A stretch of DNA of 64,000 bases from the human T2T-CHM13v2.0 reference genome, Homo sapiens (GCF_009914755.1 NC_060931.1), one strand, 5' to 3'; positions 1 to 14,146 are shown, counted from the stretch's first letter. Made by a program: numbers and translations. Notes: generated by a model from the sequence alone, not told the origin.

Positions 1-865
1 TTTGGATGTCTAGATCTCTAGCAAGGCCAGGGAAATTTTCCTTGATTATTCCCTCAAGTAAGTTTTCCAAACTTTTAGATTTTTCTTCTTCCTCAGGAAC
101 ACCAATTAATTTTAGGTTTGGTTGTTTAACGTAATTCCAAATCTCTTGGAAGCTTTGTTCATTTTTTTTTTGATTCTTTGTCTTTGTCAGATTGGGTTAA
201 TTTGAAAGCCTTGTCTTTGAGCTCTGAAGTTCTTTCTTCTACTTGTTTATTTCTATTGTTGAAACTTTCCAGTGTATTTTGCATATCTCTGAGTGTGTCT
301 TTTATTTCCAGAGGTTGTGATTGATTGTTTTTTATTTGTGGTATCTATTTCTCTCAAGATTTTTCCATCCATAGCTTGTATTAATTTTTAAATTTAAGTT
401 GTTTGTCACCTTTTGCTGGTGCCTCCTTGAGTAGCTTAATAATTGACCTTCTGAATTCTTTTTCTGTCAATTCAGTGATTTCTGCTTGGTTTGGATCCAT
501 TGCTAGTGAGCTACTGTGATCTTTTGGGGTGTTACAGAACCTTGTTTTGTCATATTACCAGAATTGTTTTTCTGGTTTCTTCTCATTTGGATAGACTATG
601 TCAGAGAAAGGATCTGGGACTCAAGGGCTGCTGTTTAAATTTTTTTTGGCCCCCAGCATGATCCCTTGATGTGGTGCTCTCCCCATTCCCCTATGGTTGG
701 GGCTTCCTGAGAGCTGGACTGCTGTGATTGTTATTGCTCTTCTGGGTCTGGCCACCCAGCAGAGCTACTAGGCTATGGGCTGGTACTTGGGGGTTTCTGC
801 AAAGAGTCTTGGGATGTGATCTGTCTTCAGGTCTCTCAGCTGGTCTCTCAGCCAGCACTTGCTCC
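1..865 (-). mobile_element. L1 fragment (L1PB-like ORF1/5' region), antisense
   Basis: Resembles the reverse complement of primate L1 ORF1 (tttggatgtctagatctctagcaaggccaggg...gagctctgaagttctttcttctact). Confidence 0.75.
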
Positions 866-869
866 AGTT

Positions 870-1021
870 ACCACCACCACACCTGGCTAATTTTTGTATT
901 TTTTGTAGAAATGGGGTCTCCCTATGTTGCCTAAGCTGAATTTGACCTCCTGGGCTCAAGCGATCATCCCACCTCAGCCTCCCAATGTGACAGGATTACA
1001 GACATGAGCCACGCACTCGAC
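870..1021 (-). mobile_element. AluJ-like left-arm fragment
   Basis: ggctaatttttgtatttt...ggggtctccctatgttgcc...gattacagacatgagccac. Confidence 0.85.
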
Positions 1022-1274
1022 TTAATCTTGTCTTTTAGTTCCGTTTTTTTTTTTTCTGAGTTTCATCACTTTCTTCTCACTCGTTCATGTTTTTTGTCCG
1101 TGTCTTTTCTTAGTTTTGGAATTTCTGGCTCAAGGTGGCTTTTCGCATCCCTCATCCTGCCTATTTCTTTATCTGTATTTTATTCTCTATTTTGGTGTCT
1201 TGTATTTCCTCAGTGCTTCCTATGAATTATTCATTTGAGCCCCTCTCTTGGGCATTTAATAATTTATTATTTAT

Positions 1275-1563
1275 CTTTGAGATTTTTTTTTTTTTGGTTA
1301 TCCAGGCTGGAGAGCAGTGGTGCAATCATACCTCTCTGCAGCCTTGAACCCTAGGCTCAAAGGGATCCTGCTGCCTCAGCCTCCCAGATAGCACTACAGA
1401 CGTGAGCAACCACATTTGGCCAACTTTTTTATTTTTGTTTTTTTGTAGAGATGGGGTCTCACTATGTTGCCCAGAATGGTCTCAAACTCCTGGCTTCAAG
1501 AAGTTCTCCTATTTTGGCCTCCCAATATACTGGGATTACAGGCATGAGCCAGAGCACCTGGCC
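1275..1563 (-). mobile_element. AluJ
   Basis: Diverged dimeric Alu ending gagcacctggcc; J-type ggggtctcactatgttgccc. Confidence 0.88.
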
Positions 1564-2619
1564 TAATTTTGTCATTTTCTTCCATTTCTTTTCTGAGGGT
1601 CATCATTTTCTCTTCACACTTTCCTGTTTTTTGTCCATATCTTTTCTTAGTTTTTGAATTTCTGGCTCAAGGTAGCTTTTCCTATCCCAAATTCTTGTTT
1701 GAGTATATTGGTTCCATCTGGAATGTTGCCTTCTAGTTTTCTTGTGCTTCATGGTTGTTTTGTTGAAGGGAATTTACCTCTGTTGCTGTGTGTTGGATAT
1801 TCTGTCTTTTTAAAATAATACTTCAGTATGAGTCTGTTCATCATTTTTTTGTTTGTTTTTATGATATTGGGGTGTTTTATAGGATTTTTAGCTCATTGGC
1901 TCCCTCTTCTGTCACTATAGCAAAGTCCAGATCTTTGTTTTGGTAGCATCGGAAGGTTTGTGGTCTCTGAATTTTAGCTGTCTTGTCATCGGGTAGGATT
2001 CCAAATTTTCCCTTTTTTCCTGTTTCTCTTTTAGCCATCCAATAGCCAAAGGGCATTTCTCTCTACTTTTTGTTTCCTTTTTTATTTCCCAGAAGCTACG
2101 TGTTTCAAAAACTGGTCAAGATTGTGTCTGCTTTTACATCCCATCCCTATAGTCAGCTCTGTGATCTGTCTAGATACCTTTTTAGTATTTTGAAACTTAG
2201 GGTTGACTTTGTCTTTCCTCTGATGGTTTTAGATCAACCTTAAGTTCATCACTAATTCCCTTCTCTCTTTGTTATAGTTTTTCACATTCTACCTTTGTTT
2301 GCAATAAGGCCTTCTGGCAGATCAGGGACAGAGGAGGAGCATGAGATATCACTTGCTGGGATTAGGTGTCTTTTTCTTATTTTTATTTACAGTTGTTTTG
2401 GATTTTGGTCAGTTCAGTTTTCAAGTGATCCCGAGGACATGGTTTTTGTGTAGTTTTGCTGCTTATTTTTCTTGTCCTCTATTGCTTCTGGAGGAAATAT
2501 TGAAAGATGGAGACATAAGCAACCACCTTTGTCAGCCTGAGAGTTTCCAAAGCTGAATGTTTTAAAAGTGCATTTTTAACTATTTTTCTTCATTTTGAGT
2601 TTTGATGTTACATTTTGTC

Positions 2620-2810
2620 ACATTATCTCATTAAATTTGCACATCTCTGAGCTACACATACTATCTCCATTTCATGAATGAAGAAATCAAGGTCCAGCAA
2701 GATTAAATGACTCAAGGGAGATCACACAACCAGAAACTGATAGAGATTCTAATCAACTCTAAAATTGTATGATGCCAAGCTCTTGTTCTTTCCACTACAT
2801 CTTGCCATCT
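2620..2810 (-). mobile_element. MIR
   Basis: Core-like ctccatttcatgaatgaagaaatcaaggtccagcaagattaaatgact. Confidence 0.6.
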
Positions 2811-4617
2811 CCCTGAGTAACTGAACTTAGAAAGCCCATGCATTAATTAAATACTGCAACCTAAAACATTTTAGTGATTATAAATGTAAACTGTCAGTTT
2901 ATTCATCTGTTCCTTGTCCCTCCTGTTATCTTGCAGTCCTGTTATATTTTTAGTAGCCTCTTCTCCACTGGCTTCTACTCCTTGACCTTCTAAGGTACAT
3001 TTTCTTTCCTGTAAACGAGATCATGTACATTAAGTGCTATCTCTTGAAAAAAATGATTCAACAGATGTCAATTTTGTTTATTTATTTATTTTCCTAATAG
3101 AGGTTTTTACTCTATCTCCCCTTAAAGCAGACCTACCATCATTTCCCTCTTGGCCCACTTTCACGTACGGGAGGACCCGTGCACACTCACCTTGCTTTCA
3201 AAACTCACTGCCCTCCCTGTGCAAACTCCTCACTTCATGGAAATGATAGCCCCAAGTAGCAGTTGGCAACAACTTTTGGCTCCTCCTTTCTGGAGTGGGT
3301 GTTGTATTGTCTGTAGTTTTCTTTAAAGTAATTTAATCTGCACCTTAGGGGTGCTTAGTTAACATTTTTGAAGTACCTTAATCATGAATCTACACTCCAG
3401 GGGTAGTTAGTTAACATTTGAAAGACCCTAATCAAAATTCTATACTCCAGAGGCAACCAGTGCCTCAGATATTGCTCTCAACCTGTACCAGTGGGTGCAT
3501 TAATTAGAATAAAAGATGTAAGAAGTAATTTTTCACGGTGAAGGAAATGCTATTTAAGATATGTAGTTGGCCAGTTTCCTACACAGAGATAAGACATGAG
3601 TGGAGGCTGAGGATACAGATTTGGCAAGGGCAACAGTCTTCCAACCTAGGTAGGCCCTTGATTTGGTCCTGTGCTTGCTGCTTTTAGTGGAGGATTTGGT
3701 TTGGTTGGCTCACCTGGCCTGTGGAGCGCATTAAGTCTTTATTACCCTGCATGGGCCAAATCCAGCCTGCTTCTGTCTGCTTCTCCATCCAGCGCTCATT
3801 GGAACTGTACTCCGGCTCCTCTCCATGTTTGCATTTCTTGTCCACAGAGATGTTATTCTCAATCTTGAGTCAGATGATTTCTTTTTAATTTCTTAATTTA
3901 CATTTTTAAATTTAATTATATTTTGAGCATATTGGATATGTTAAGAGTGTGAATTTATAGTGCCATTTTGATCAGAAGCACTCACATTATTTTTAAATGG
4001 TAACTTTCTTACTATTTTCTACTTGAGAATATTGTCAGTATTCTCAGGCCAGGTTCTCATCTGTGGGGCTTCTAGATAAGTAACTTGTTTGATATTCTAG
4101 TGGTCTAATTAGGCTGGGTGATGTTTTTGAACATTCCTTTTTATATTTAATTCTATTCAATAGTGACAGTTCTCATGTGATAGAGGGATAATATTCTTGA
4201 ATACATGTGATTTAAGTTACGTAGATTGAAATCATATACGTGATTTTTGTGTAATTTGTGTATCATGCGTAGTATAAGGAATGACATCTACCAAGAGTTT
4301 CTATAGTAAACATTACTATTGTCCTATATCTTAGTTAACATGTACAAATATAAATGAAATAATGCAGTTTATGAAGTAAAATACTGAAGTATATCACCAG
4401 GGCCCTTATTTTCTGGGGTTTGGTGACGTGTATGTGTGGTATGGCATATATTACTGATCTTGTCCCATCAAATATACTGAGCAAAGGAAGCAGTCATGAT
4501 GAACTGGTGGTCTAGATTGCTTTCTGTACTCACTAGGACACGAAGTAATTTTTTAAATAAAATATTTAACTGTATAAATAGTCTATTTAGCTTTTTTATA
4601 TGTTATTTTTTAAGTGA

Positions 4618-4990
<373 letters not shown>

Positions 4991-6578
4991 TGTAAACTAT
5001 ACTTAGTGGAATCATGGAATTGTAGCGAATGAAAGGACCATAGATATTATCTAGTCAATCTTTTCATGAGTCCCAGAGAGTTTTAGCTAAGCCCTCCTTT
5101 CATGATTCCATTCTTAGCTTCAATCACAGAGATGATTTATAGCCATTTAGACATACATACCAATATATCCATATCTATACATACAATGTGTGTGTGTGTG
5201 TAGGGGGCTGTGATCACAAGCACTTGGGGCCAATAGAATTTTAGTAGAAATAATTGGTTAAAGGGCATTAAAATCTTTTAATATTTAGCATTATCAGTCT
5301 GTGAAAGTCTTCGAAACTAGGTTTGAGAAATCTTTACTCATTAAGACCCTCAGAGCAGAAAAATCAAGGGTAAGAGAACTGGGAAAGGAAGTTAAGTATT
5401 TCTAATTTTAAAGTGTTCTAAAACCTACACGTTGAGTACATATTGTAGCAATATAGATACTAGGGAATGATTTGGAGTTCAGTAGTTTGGAAATACGTAT
5501 ATTTTGTTATAATTCTGATGTGAGACTTTACTGAATTCCTGTTAAATTATTTTTGTGCAGGGCTTTTTTCATAAAGCACCAATAATTCTACCTGACCTCA
5601 CAGGGTTTTGTGATATTAGACTAGTCATGGTTGATTATATTATCCTTTTAAATTGCCTTTTAATTTTCAGCTGATGTAAGTGAAATAGATAATATAAATT
5701 AATTAATATTGGATCTGTTCAGTGTTTATGCTCTAGGAGATTTCAGGAGACAAACAGAAAGAGAAGGTTCTAAACAAGTGCCGTTTGGGGCTGTGTCATT
5801 TTATTATTCATACCTGGCTTATTTGTTGTTCTTTAATGGGCTATCTATCATATTAGTGTGTATGTAAGTGGCTACATGTGACATAATCTCAAGTCTTATT
5901 GATTTAAACTGCATTTACCTCATCACTAATCACTCTTGTGGCAGGTAGCTGCAGTGTTCAGGGGGCACTTTGTATGTGTCACGTTTGTGACTCATACGTG
6001 CTTTTTTGTGAAGAGCATTTTGTCTCACCTAAATTCCTATTACTTTTTGGTCCTACCTGAAGCTCTGCTTACAATTTTGCATATTTCTACCCGCAGTCCC
6101 CAAACATGCTGAATTTAGTTGGCTTGTTGGCCGCTAAATACTTTTCTCTCCTTGCTGTGGGGTTGGTTTTGCTGGATGGAGTACTTCTCTTTCCTGAAGT
6201 ATCTAGCTTCTTCATGTGTAAAACAAAACCAGTAACTGAAATGTCAAATTTGGAAATATAAATGACTTTTTTTGATCTGCCTTCAGAGTTGCGTTGTCAT
6301 CTTTATAAGCTTAAGACTTCCTGGTTTTATTCCAAGTTTTACTAATATTCAAAAAGTTTATTTGTTAAATCCCATATCATCAAATGCACTCCACATTGCA
6401 AGTAAAACCAAATGAATCTGGTCATTATACCTCTTTCTACTCATGGATTTCAGGGATCTAATGAGCTTAGTAAGATTTGCATCATGGATAAATAGAGGAC
6501 TTATTCTTATAAGAATAAAAATTGTGTAAGTGATTATATCATGTATGTAATTAAAATGGTTTTGATTCAGATTTAAAT

Positions 6579-9500
6579 GTTTTTTTTTTTATTGTGGTAA
6601 CGTCACATACCATAAAGCCTACCATTTTAACCATTTTGGAATGTACAGTCCTGCAGTGTTAAATACATTGATAGTGTTGTGCAACCATCACCACCATCTA
6701 TTTCCATTACTCTTTTCATTCTTGTAAAACTGAAACTCTGTACTCATTAAAGACCAATTCCCCATACCCCTCTTCTCCCAGCTCTTGGCAACCACCATTC
6801 TACTTTCTGTTTCTATAAATTTGACTAAGTACGGCATATAAGTAGAAACATACAGTATTTGTCTTTCTTTTGACTGAGTTATTTCATTTAGCATAATGTA
6901 CTCAAGGTTCATCCATGTTGTAGCATGTGTCAGAATTTCCTTCCTTTTTAAAGCTGAATAATATTCCATTGTATGTATATATCACATTTTGCTTATCCAT
7001 TCGTGTGTTGATGGACTCTTGAGTTGCTTCCACATTTTAGTGATTGTGAATAATGCTGCTATGAAAATGAGTGTACTCTTCAAGACCCTGATATCTCTTC
7101 AAGACCCTGCCTGCAATTCTTTAAGTGTATACTCAATTAGAATTGCTGGATATATAGTAATTTCATTTTTAATTTTTTGAGGAACCGCAATATGGGTTTT
7201 CATAGTGGCTGTACCATTTTACATTCCCAACAGCAGTGCACAAGCGTTCCAATTTCTCCACATCCTTGCCAACTCTTGCTATTTCCTGTTTTTTTTTGGG
7301 GGGGGTGATATTAATAGTAGCCATCCCAATGAGTGTAGGGTGGCATCTCATTTTAGCTTTGATTTGCATTTTCCTAATGATTAGTGATGTTAGGCATCAT
7401 TTCAAGTGCATATTGGCCATTTGTATATCTTCTTTGAAAAAATGTCTATTCAAGTCCCTTGCACATATTCAAGTTGACTTTTTTGTTGAATTTAGGAGTG
7501 CTCTATATATTTTGTATATTAATACCTTATCCGATATGTGATTTTGAATTTTTTGTCCTATTCTGTTGGTTGCCTTTTTACTTTGTTCTTAGTGTCTTTT
7601 GGTGCACAAAAATTTTAAAATTTTCATGCAGTCCAATTTGATTTTTTCTTTTATTGCTTGTGTTTTTGGTATCATATCCAAAAAAATCATTACCAAATCC
7701 AATGTCATAAAGCTTTTGCCCTGTGTTTTCTTCTGAGAGTTTTATTGTTTTAGGTCTTACATTTAGGACTGTGATCTATTTTGAGTTAATTTTTGTATAT
7801 GGTGTTAGATAAGGATCCAACTTCATTTTTTGTATGTAGATATTGTTTCCCTGTACAGCATTTGTTGAAAGGCCGTCCTTTCCCCATTGAATGGTCTTGG
7901 TATTCTCGCCAAAAATCATTTGACTGTGTATGTGAGGTTTTTTCCCCTAGGGTCTCTTTTCTGTTCCATTGGTCTATATATTTGTCTTTGTGCCAGCACC
8001 ACAGTGTTTTGATTACTGTAACTTCTAAGTAAGTTTGAAATTAGGAAGTAAGTTTTGAAATGAAGTATGAGTCTTCTAGATTTGTTCTTCTTTTTCAAGA
8101 TGGTATTGGCTATTCTGGATCCCTTGAGATTCTGTATGAATTTCAGGATGGTCTCTCTCTGCAAAAAATGTCATTGGGATTTTGATGGGGCAGTTGCATT
8201 GACTTTGTAAACTGCTTTAGGTATAATAGTATTGGCATCTTAACAGTAGTAAGTCTTCCAGTCCGTGCACATGGGATGCGTTTCCATTCATTTATTTGTT
8301 TCCATTAATTATAATTTTTTAATTTAGCAACAATTTTATAGCTTTCATTATATAGCTTATATATATTATAGCTTTCATTATATAAAGCTTTCATTACATA
8401 AGTTTTTCATCTTTTTCGTTAATTCCTGATTATTCTTTTTAATGTAAACTGAATTATTTTTATAATTTCCTTTTGAGATTGTTCACTGTTAGTGTATAGA
8501 AATGCAATGGACTTGATCATAGTGTATAGTCCTATAAGTATGCTGCTGAATTCAGTTTGTTAGTGTTTTGTTGAGGATTTTTACATCTGTGTTCATAAGT
8601 GATATTGGTTTGTAGTTTTATTATACTGCTTTTATCTGGCTTTGGTATCAGGGCAATGCTGGCCTCATAGAATAACTTAGGAAGTTTTCTTCCTTCTTCT
8701 AGAATTTTTTGGAAAAGTTTGGTTTTCTTTAAATGTTTGGTAGAATTGACCAGTGAAGCCATCAGGTCTAGTGCTTTTCTTTGTTGGAAGATTTTAGACT
8801 ACTTATTTAATCTCCTTACTAGTTATAGATCTATTTGGATTTTCTATTTCTTTGTGATTTAGTGTTGATAGGTTTTATGTTTCCAGGAAATTGTACATTT
8901 CATCTATGTTATATAACTTGGTGTTGTACGATTATTCACAGTACTCTGTTTAATTTATTTCTCTAGAATCAATGGTAATGTAACTTCCATTTATGAATTT
9001 AGTCATTTGAGTCGTCTCTATTTTTTTCTTAGTTCACCTGGCTAAAGATTTGTTATTTTTGATGATGTTTTCAAAGAACCAACTTTGATTTAATCAGTTT
9101 TTGGTATTGTTTTTCTATTCTCTATTTTATCTCTGCTCTAATCTTTATATTTACTTTTTTCTGCTAGCTTTGGTTAGTTTGTTCTGTTTTCAGATTCCTT
9201 AAGCTGTAAAATTAAGCTGTTGTTTTGAGATCTTTTTTGTTTTTTACCGTAAGCATTTATAACTATAAATTTCTCCTTTTTTGCTGTTTTTCCTGCATCC
9301 TGTAAATTGTATTTCATATGTTGTGTTTTCATTTTCATTAATCTCTAAGTAATTTTCTAATTTCCTTTGAGGTTTCTTCTTTGATACATTGGTTTTTAAA
9401 GAGTGTGTTAATTGACATAAGTTTGTGTATTTTCCCTTTTTAACTTTGTTATTGATTTCTAACTTTATCCCTATTTAGTTAGAGAAGATACTTTGTGTGA

Positions 9501-12428
9501 TACTTTCTACTTAAATCTATTGAGACTTAATTGGCAGCCTAATATATGGTTTGTCCTGGAAAATGTCCCATGTGTACTTGAGAAGAGTGTGTGTGTTGCT
9601 GTTTTGGGGTAGAGTGTTCTGTATGTGTCTGTTAGATCTAGTTGGTTGATTGTGTTAAGTCTTCTGTTTCCTTATTTCTGTCTGGTTGTTCTATCAATTA
9701 TCGAGAGTAGGGTATTGAAGTCTTCAACTGTTGTAGAACTGCGTATTTCTGCCTTCAATTCTGTCAGTTTTTGCTTCATATATTTTGATAGTCATTAGGT
9801 GTATAAATGTTTATAATGGTTATATCTTCTTACTGTGTTGAGCCTTTATTAATATATAATGTCCTTCTTTGTCTCTTGTAATCTTTTTTTGATTTAAAGT
9901 CTATTTTTTCTGCTCTTGTTTTGCTGCTGTTTTCATGGAATATCTTTTTCCAGCCTTTTACTTTCAGCCTATTTGTGCCTTTGAATCGATTTGTGCCTTT
10001 GTAGACAGCATATAATTGGATCATGAATTTTTATTCATTCTACCAGTCTCTGTCTTTTGGTTGGACAGTTTAACCCATTTACATTTAAAATAATTACTGA
10101 TAAGGAATGACTTATTTCAGACATTTTGCTATTTTTTTCTATATGCATTATTTTTTTTACCCCTCATGTTCTACATTACTGTATTATTTTGTGTTTAGTT
10201 GACTTTTTATAGTGAAATGTTTAAATTCCTTTCTCATTTCCCGATGGTATGCATTCTGTAGCATTTTTCTTTGTGCTTACCATAGGAATTACATTTAACA
10301 TTCTAAAGTTATAACTCTCTAACTTGAATTTATACCAGTTTAACTTCAATAAAATACAAAACCTCCACTCCTTTAATGGCTCTGTCCCTACCACTTTTGG
10401 TTGTTGATGTCACAGAATTATATCTTTATACATTGTGTGCTCAAAAACATAAACTAGTAATTCTTTTAAATGCATTAGCCTCTTAAATGATGTAAAAAAC
10501 AAAATGTGGATTTATAAACCAAAGTTAACAGTAATACTAGCTTTTAGACTAATAATTGTGTTTTAAAAATCTTTTAATATTTTAAATTATGTAGAAAACA
10601 ATAGTTAGAAATAATTGTCTTGTTGTAACACTACTAATTTTTATAATTGCCTAGACGTTTATCTTTATTGAGATATTTATTTCTTCATATGCCTTCTAGT
10701 TACTGTCTAATGTCCTTTCATTTTAACGTGCAGGACTTTATAAAGCATTTCTTGCATGGCAGTCCTGATGGTACTGAAATCCTGTAGCTTTTGTTTACTT
10801 GGCAATGTCTTAATTTTTCCCAATCACTTTTGAAGGACAGTTTTGTGTGATACAGAATTCTTGGTTGACAGTTTTTTTATTTGTTTGTTTGTTTGTTTTG
10901 GCACTTTGAATTAATCCACTGCCTTCTGGCCTCGGAAATTTCTGATGAGAAATCTGTGGATAATCTTATTGGGGATCCTGTATATGATGAGTAACTTCGC
11001 TCACTACTTTCAAGATTCTCTCTTTGTATTTTGAAAATTTGATTTTAATGTGTCATGGTGTAGGTCTCTTTGAGTTCCTCTCACTTGGAGTTTTTTGAGC
11101 TTCTTGGATGTTTATATTCATGTATTTCATCAAATTTGAGACACTTTCTTCTATTATTTCTTTAAATATTCTCTGCTCTTTTCTCTCTTTCTTCTCCTTT
11201 CAGAGCTCCCACAATGTCTAAATTGTATCCTGTGGGCTGTCTTCACTTCTCTTCAATCTTTTTTCATTCTGTTCTTAGATGATAATTTCCATTGTCCTAT
11301 CTTGACGTTTGCTGATTTTTTTTCTTCTCCCTGCTCACATCTGCCTTTGAATCCCTCTAGTGCATTTTTCATTCCAAGTATACTTTTCAGCTCAAGAATT
11401 TCTTATTCTTTTTATTTTTTTAGTTCTTATATCTCTTTATTGATATTGCCAGTTTGTTTATACATTATTTTCTTGACTTTCTCTTTATTTTTTGTTATTT
11501 GAGCATCTTTAAAACAGTTAAAACTTTAAAAAAAACTTTTTAAAAGTTTTTTTTCTTAATATATCTACCATTAAGTCTTTTTCAGGGACAGTTTCTGTTG
11601 ATTTATTTTTTTTCCTTTGAATGGGCCATATTTGCCTCTCTATTTCTATGCTTTGTGATTTTTTGTTGTTGTTGAAAACTGGGCATTTGAGTTTAATGAT
11701 GTGGTGACTCCAGAAATCACATTCTCCCTCTTTTCCCGGGTTCTCTGGGTTTTGATGTTGTTATTGTTTTGTTTTATAAATTATTGTAGTCAGTGTCTAT
11801 CCTAAGGATCAGCCTGGGTGTTAATTTAAGATCTCCTCAAATAAAGCTTTTCTAAGCCTGCACCTTTACATGGGCATGCACAGTCACCTTATAATTTTTT
11901 CAATACATGCATTTGTTTTTGAATGTCCTAGTCCTAATGTTTGGCTTTAAAACGGGGAGCAAGAGAAAAATAAAGGCAGTAGGGGAAGGCTACTGGCTGT
12001 TTAACTTCCCTGGAATTTACTTCAGCAAGAGTAGGAGGGGCTTGAAAAATTGGAGGAGGTGCAACAACAATTGTCACGTGCCTCTTTGTACCTCTGTGAT
12101 TAGAGGAAGCAATCAGCGATCAGAGCATAGATTCTTGATACTTGGCAGGCAGGGTTCTTTTTGCCCACCCTGTCTTCCCACCAGGTGTGTGCAAGGTACT
12201 CCAGGAACAGGTACAGGGATGTCTGCCACAGTGCTAGGTAGCTACTTTGGTAAGAGCTGTAATTGAAATCGACCACAATTTACCATCCAAGTGTTCCCTT
12301 GGAAGTTGCAAGCCTTCCATAGACTCCAGAGTTACAAAATAGTTACATCAGACAGATTCTGCCAGTACAATCGTGTAGGTGGGGAGATTCCTGGTGCCTC
12401 CTACTCTGCAGTCTTCCCAGAATCCTCC
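6579..12428 (-). mobile_element. Near-full-length ancient L1 (L1MB/L1M-type), antisense, decayed ORF1/ORF2
   Basis: Poly-T and L1MB-type 3'UTR at 6579. Minus-strand ORF remnants: ORF2 C-terminus (MEYYSALKRKEILTHATTWMNLE), ILKFIQNLKGSRIANTILKKKNK, LPKLFYEASIALIPKPDK, endonuclease (RLKVKGWKKIFHEN). L1M-type 5' end near 12300-12428. Confidence 0.88.
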
Positions 12429-13777
12429 TTAAGAGCGTTTTATAAGCTGGGAACCCCCAAAATAGGGACTGAGGAGAATGCCCTACAGTGGATTTCACAT
12501 CATCTGAAGTAGAGGTTTTATGGACTTTGTGTAGCAGTTACAAGAACTCATTCCATATACTGGGATGTTTTCTTTCTTCCCTAGTAGATTTCAGTACCAT
12601 TCTAGTAGTGCTGAATAACTTAGAATGGCTTGTAGTCTGAGTTTAAATCTACTAAGGAAGAATGTATTCATTCTTTCAGGATATTGCAGATTTTTAAAAT
12701 CTTGCATTTGTTTTGAGAGATGGAGGACAGAGGTGGATGGGGAAAACTTTTGACTATTAGGCTCCATCTTCAGCTCTGTACTCACTTTTGCTTTTGTATA
12801 TCTTAATCCAGCCATTTGTAAAATGAGGCAGTTACTTTTAAGTCAGAGATTTGTAACGTCCTGTTTTTTTTGGCAGTTGCGAAACCCGGAATTCCTATGT
12901 GAAGTTTTGCATATGTATATTCATACTTTGGAGAGCAAGGCCTGTGGCTTTCAGTAGATAACAGAGATCTCCTATCAGCAGTTCTCCCCTCTCTCCAACT
13001 TGCCACAGGGGTTAAAAACTAAAGTTTTGGTTATTTCTTCCATTTCAGTGCCAAATTGTTTGAAAGAATGCTGTATTCTAAAGATCTACAGAGGCTTTTG
13101 ACATATAACATTACTTCTCAGAAGCCTTTCATGGATTATTAGCAAGATCTGTCTCCTATAGATAATTATGTTGTAGCAGACATATGTTTAAAGAAAAATA
13201 GGTTGTTCTTTTGTATTTATGAAATACCTCTTCGTTACCCTATTTCCTCAAAGTCTTGTCTCACTTGTATGTATTGTTTTCCCTTAATCTTTTTAAAAAA
13301 TTTATTATAATTTTAATTTATTTATCACTCTTCCCCCTGTGTGTATTCATGATGTCTTTTTCTCCAGCGACTTACCACTTTTAACTAACAAATACAAACC
13401 TGAGGCTAGGATCCAGCTCTTCAGAATTCTCTTGCAGCGCCACATATGGCATTTTATAAACAGCGAGTGCCTAATAAATGTCATGAGCCAGTGGACTCAT
13501 GGCAGAAGTAGTAGTCTGTGGAAAACTTCCCATGGTGATTTGTTTACTAATTTTTATTGCATCTGCCTCTTATTACTAACTGATGGGTATGATTTGAGGA
13601 ATATAAATGTTATTTTGTGACTTTTGGATGGTTACTGTGCAAATATAATTTAATTGAAAAATCCTCTTTAATTCTTTAAGAGAGTAATCAAGGCAGTGAT
13701 TTCGTTTATTAGACTGCTCTGTTTTGGGGTTTTTGAGTGGAGTCTGTATCTATTATTGTTATTATTTAATTTTTCAG

Positions 13778-14021
13778 TGAGGGAGATAAATCTGCAGGAC
13801 ATCAAGGAAGATTTAGAATTGGATCCAGAGGAAAACAGCACCCTGTTTATGGGTATCCTCATTAAGGGCTTGGCGAAACTGAAGAAGATCCCAGAAACAG
13901 TTAAGGCAATCATAGAGCGCTTGGAGCAGGAGTTGAAGCAAATTGTGAAGAGGTCTACAACCCAGGTGGCAGACAGTGGCTATCAGCGGGGGGAGAACGT
14001 TACTGTGGAGAACCAACCAAG
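13778..14021 (+). CDS. EXOC4: EXOC4 (Sec8) internal coding exon, 244 nt (probably exon 6)
   Basis: Acceptor ttatttaatttttcag|TG at 13777/13778; donor CCAAG|gtaggt at 14021/14022. Translation (V)[80 protein letters not shown](R) is recognised as human EXOC4. Phase-2 end matches the next exon. Confidence 0.96.
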
Positions 14022-14146
14022 GTAGGTGGGAGTGTATTTTGTATTTTTGACAACTCTATTTATTGCACATTTTCTAGGGTGGGGCGTAAGTAACTTACCT
14101 TCTGTTGATGTTGTTTTCTTGAACTTAGGATACTATAGCCCATACA

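Noticed and set aside
6688-10024. L1 ORF2-like peptides
   Set aside because: Fragmented by stops, frameshifts and deletions; a dead element.
13696-13777. N-terminal part of ORF 13696-14025 (MISFIRLL...)
   Set aside because: Intronic read-through upstream of the acceptor at 13777; the true exon starts at 13778.
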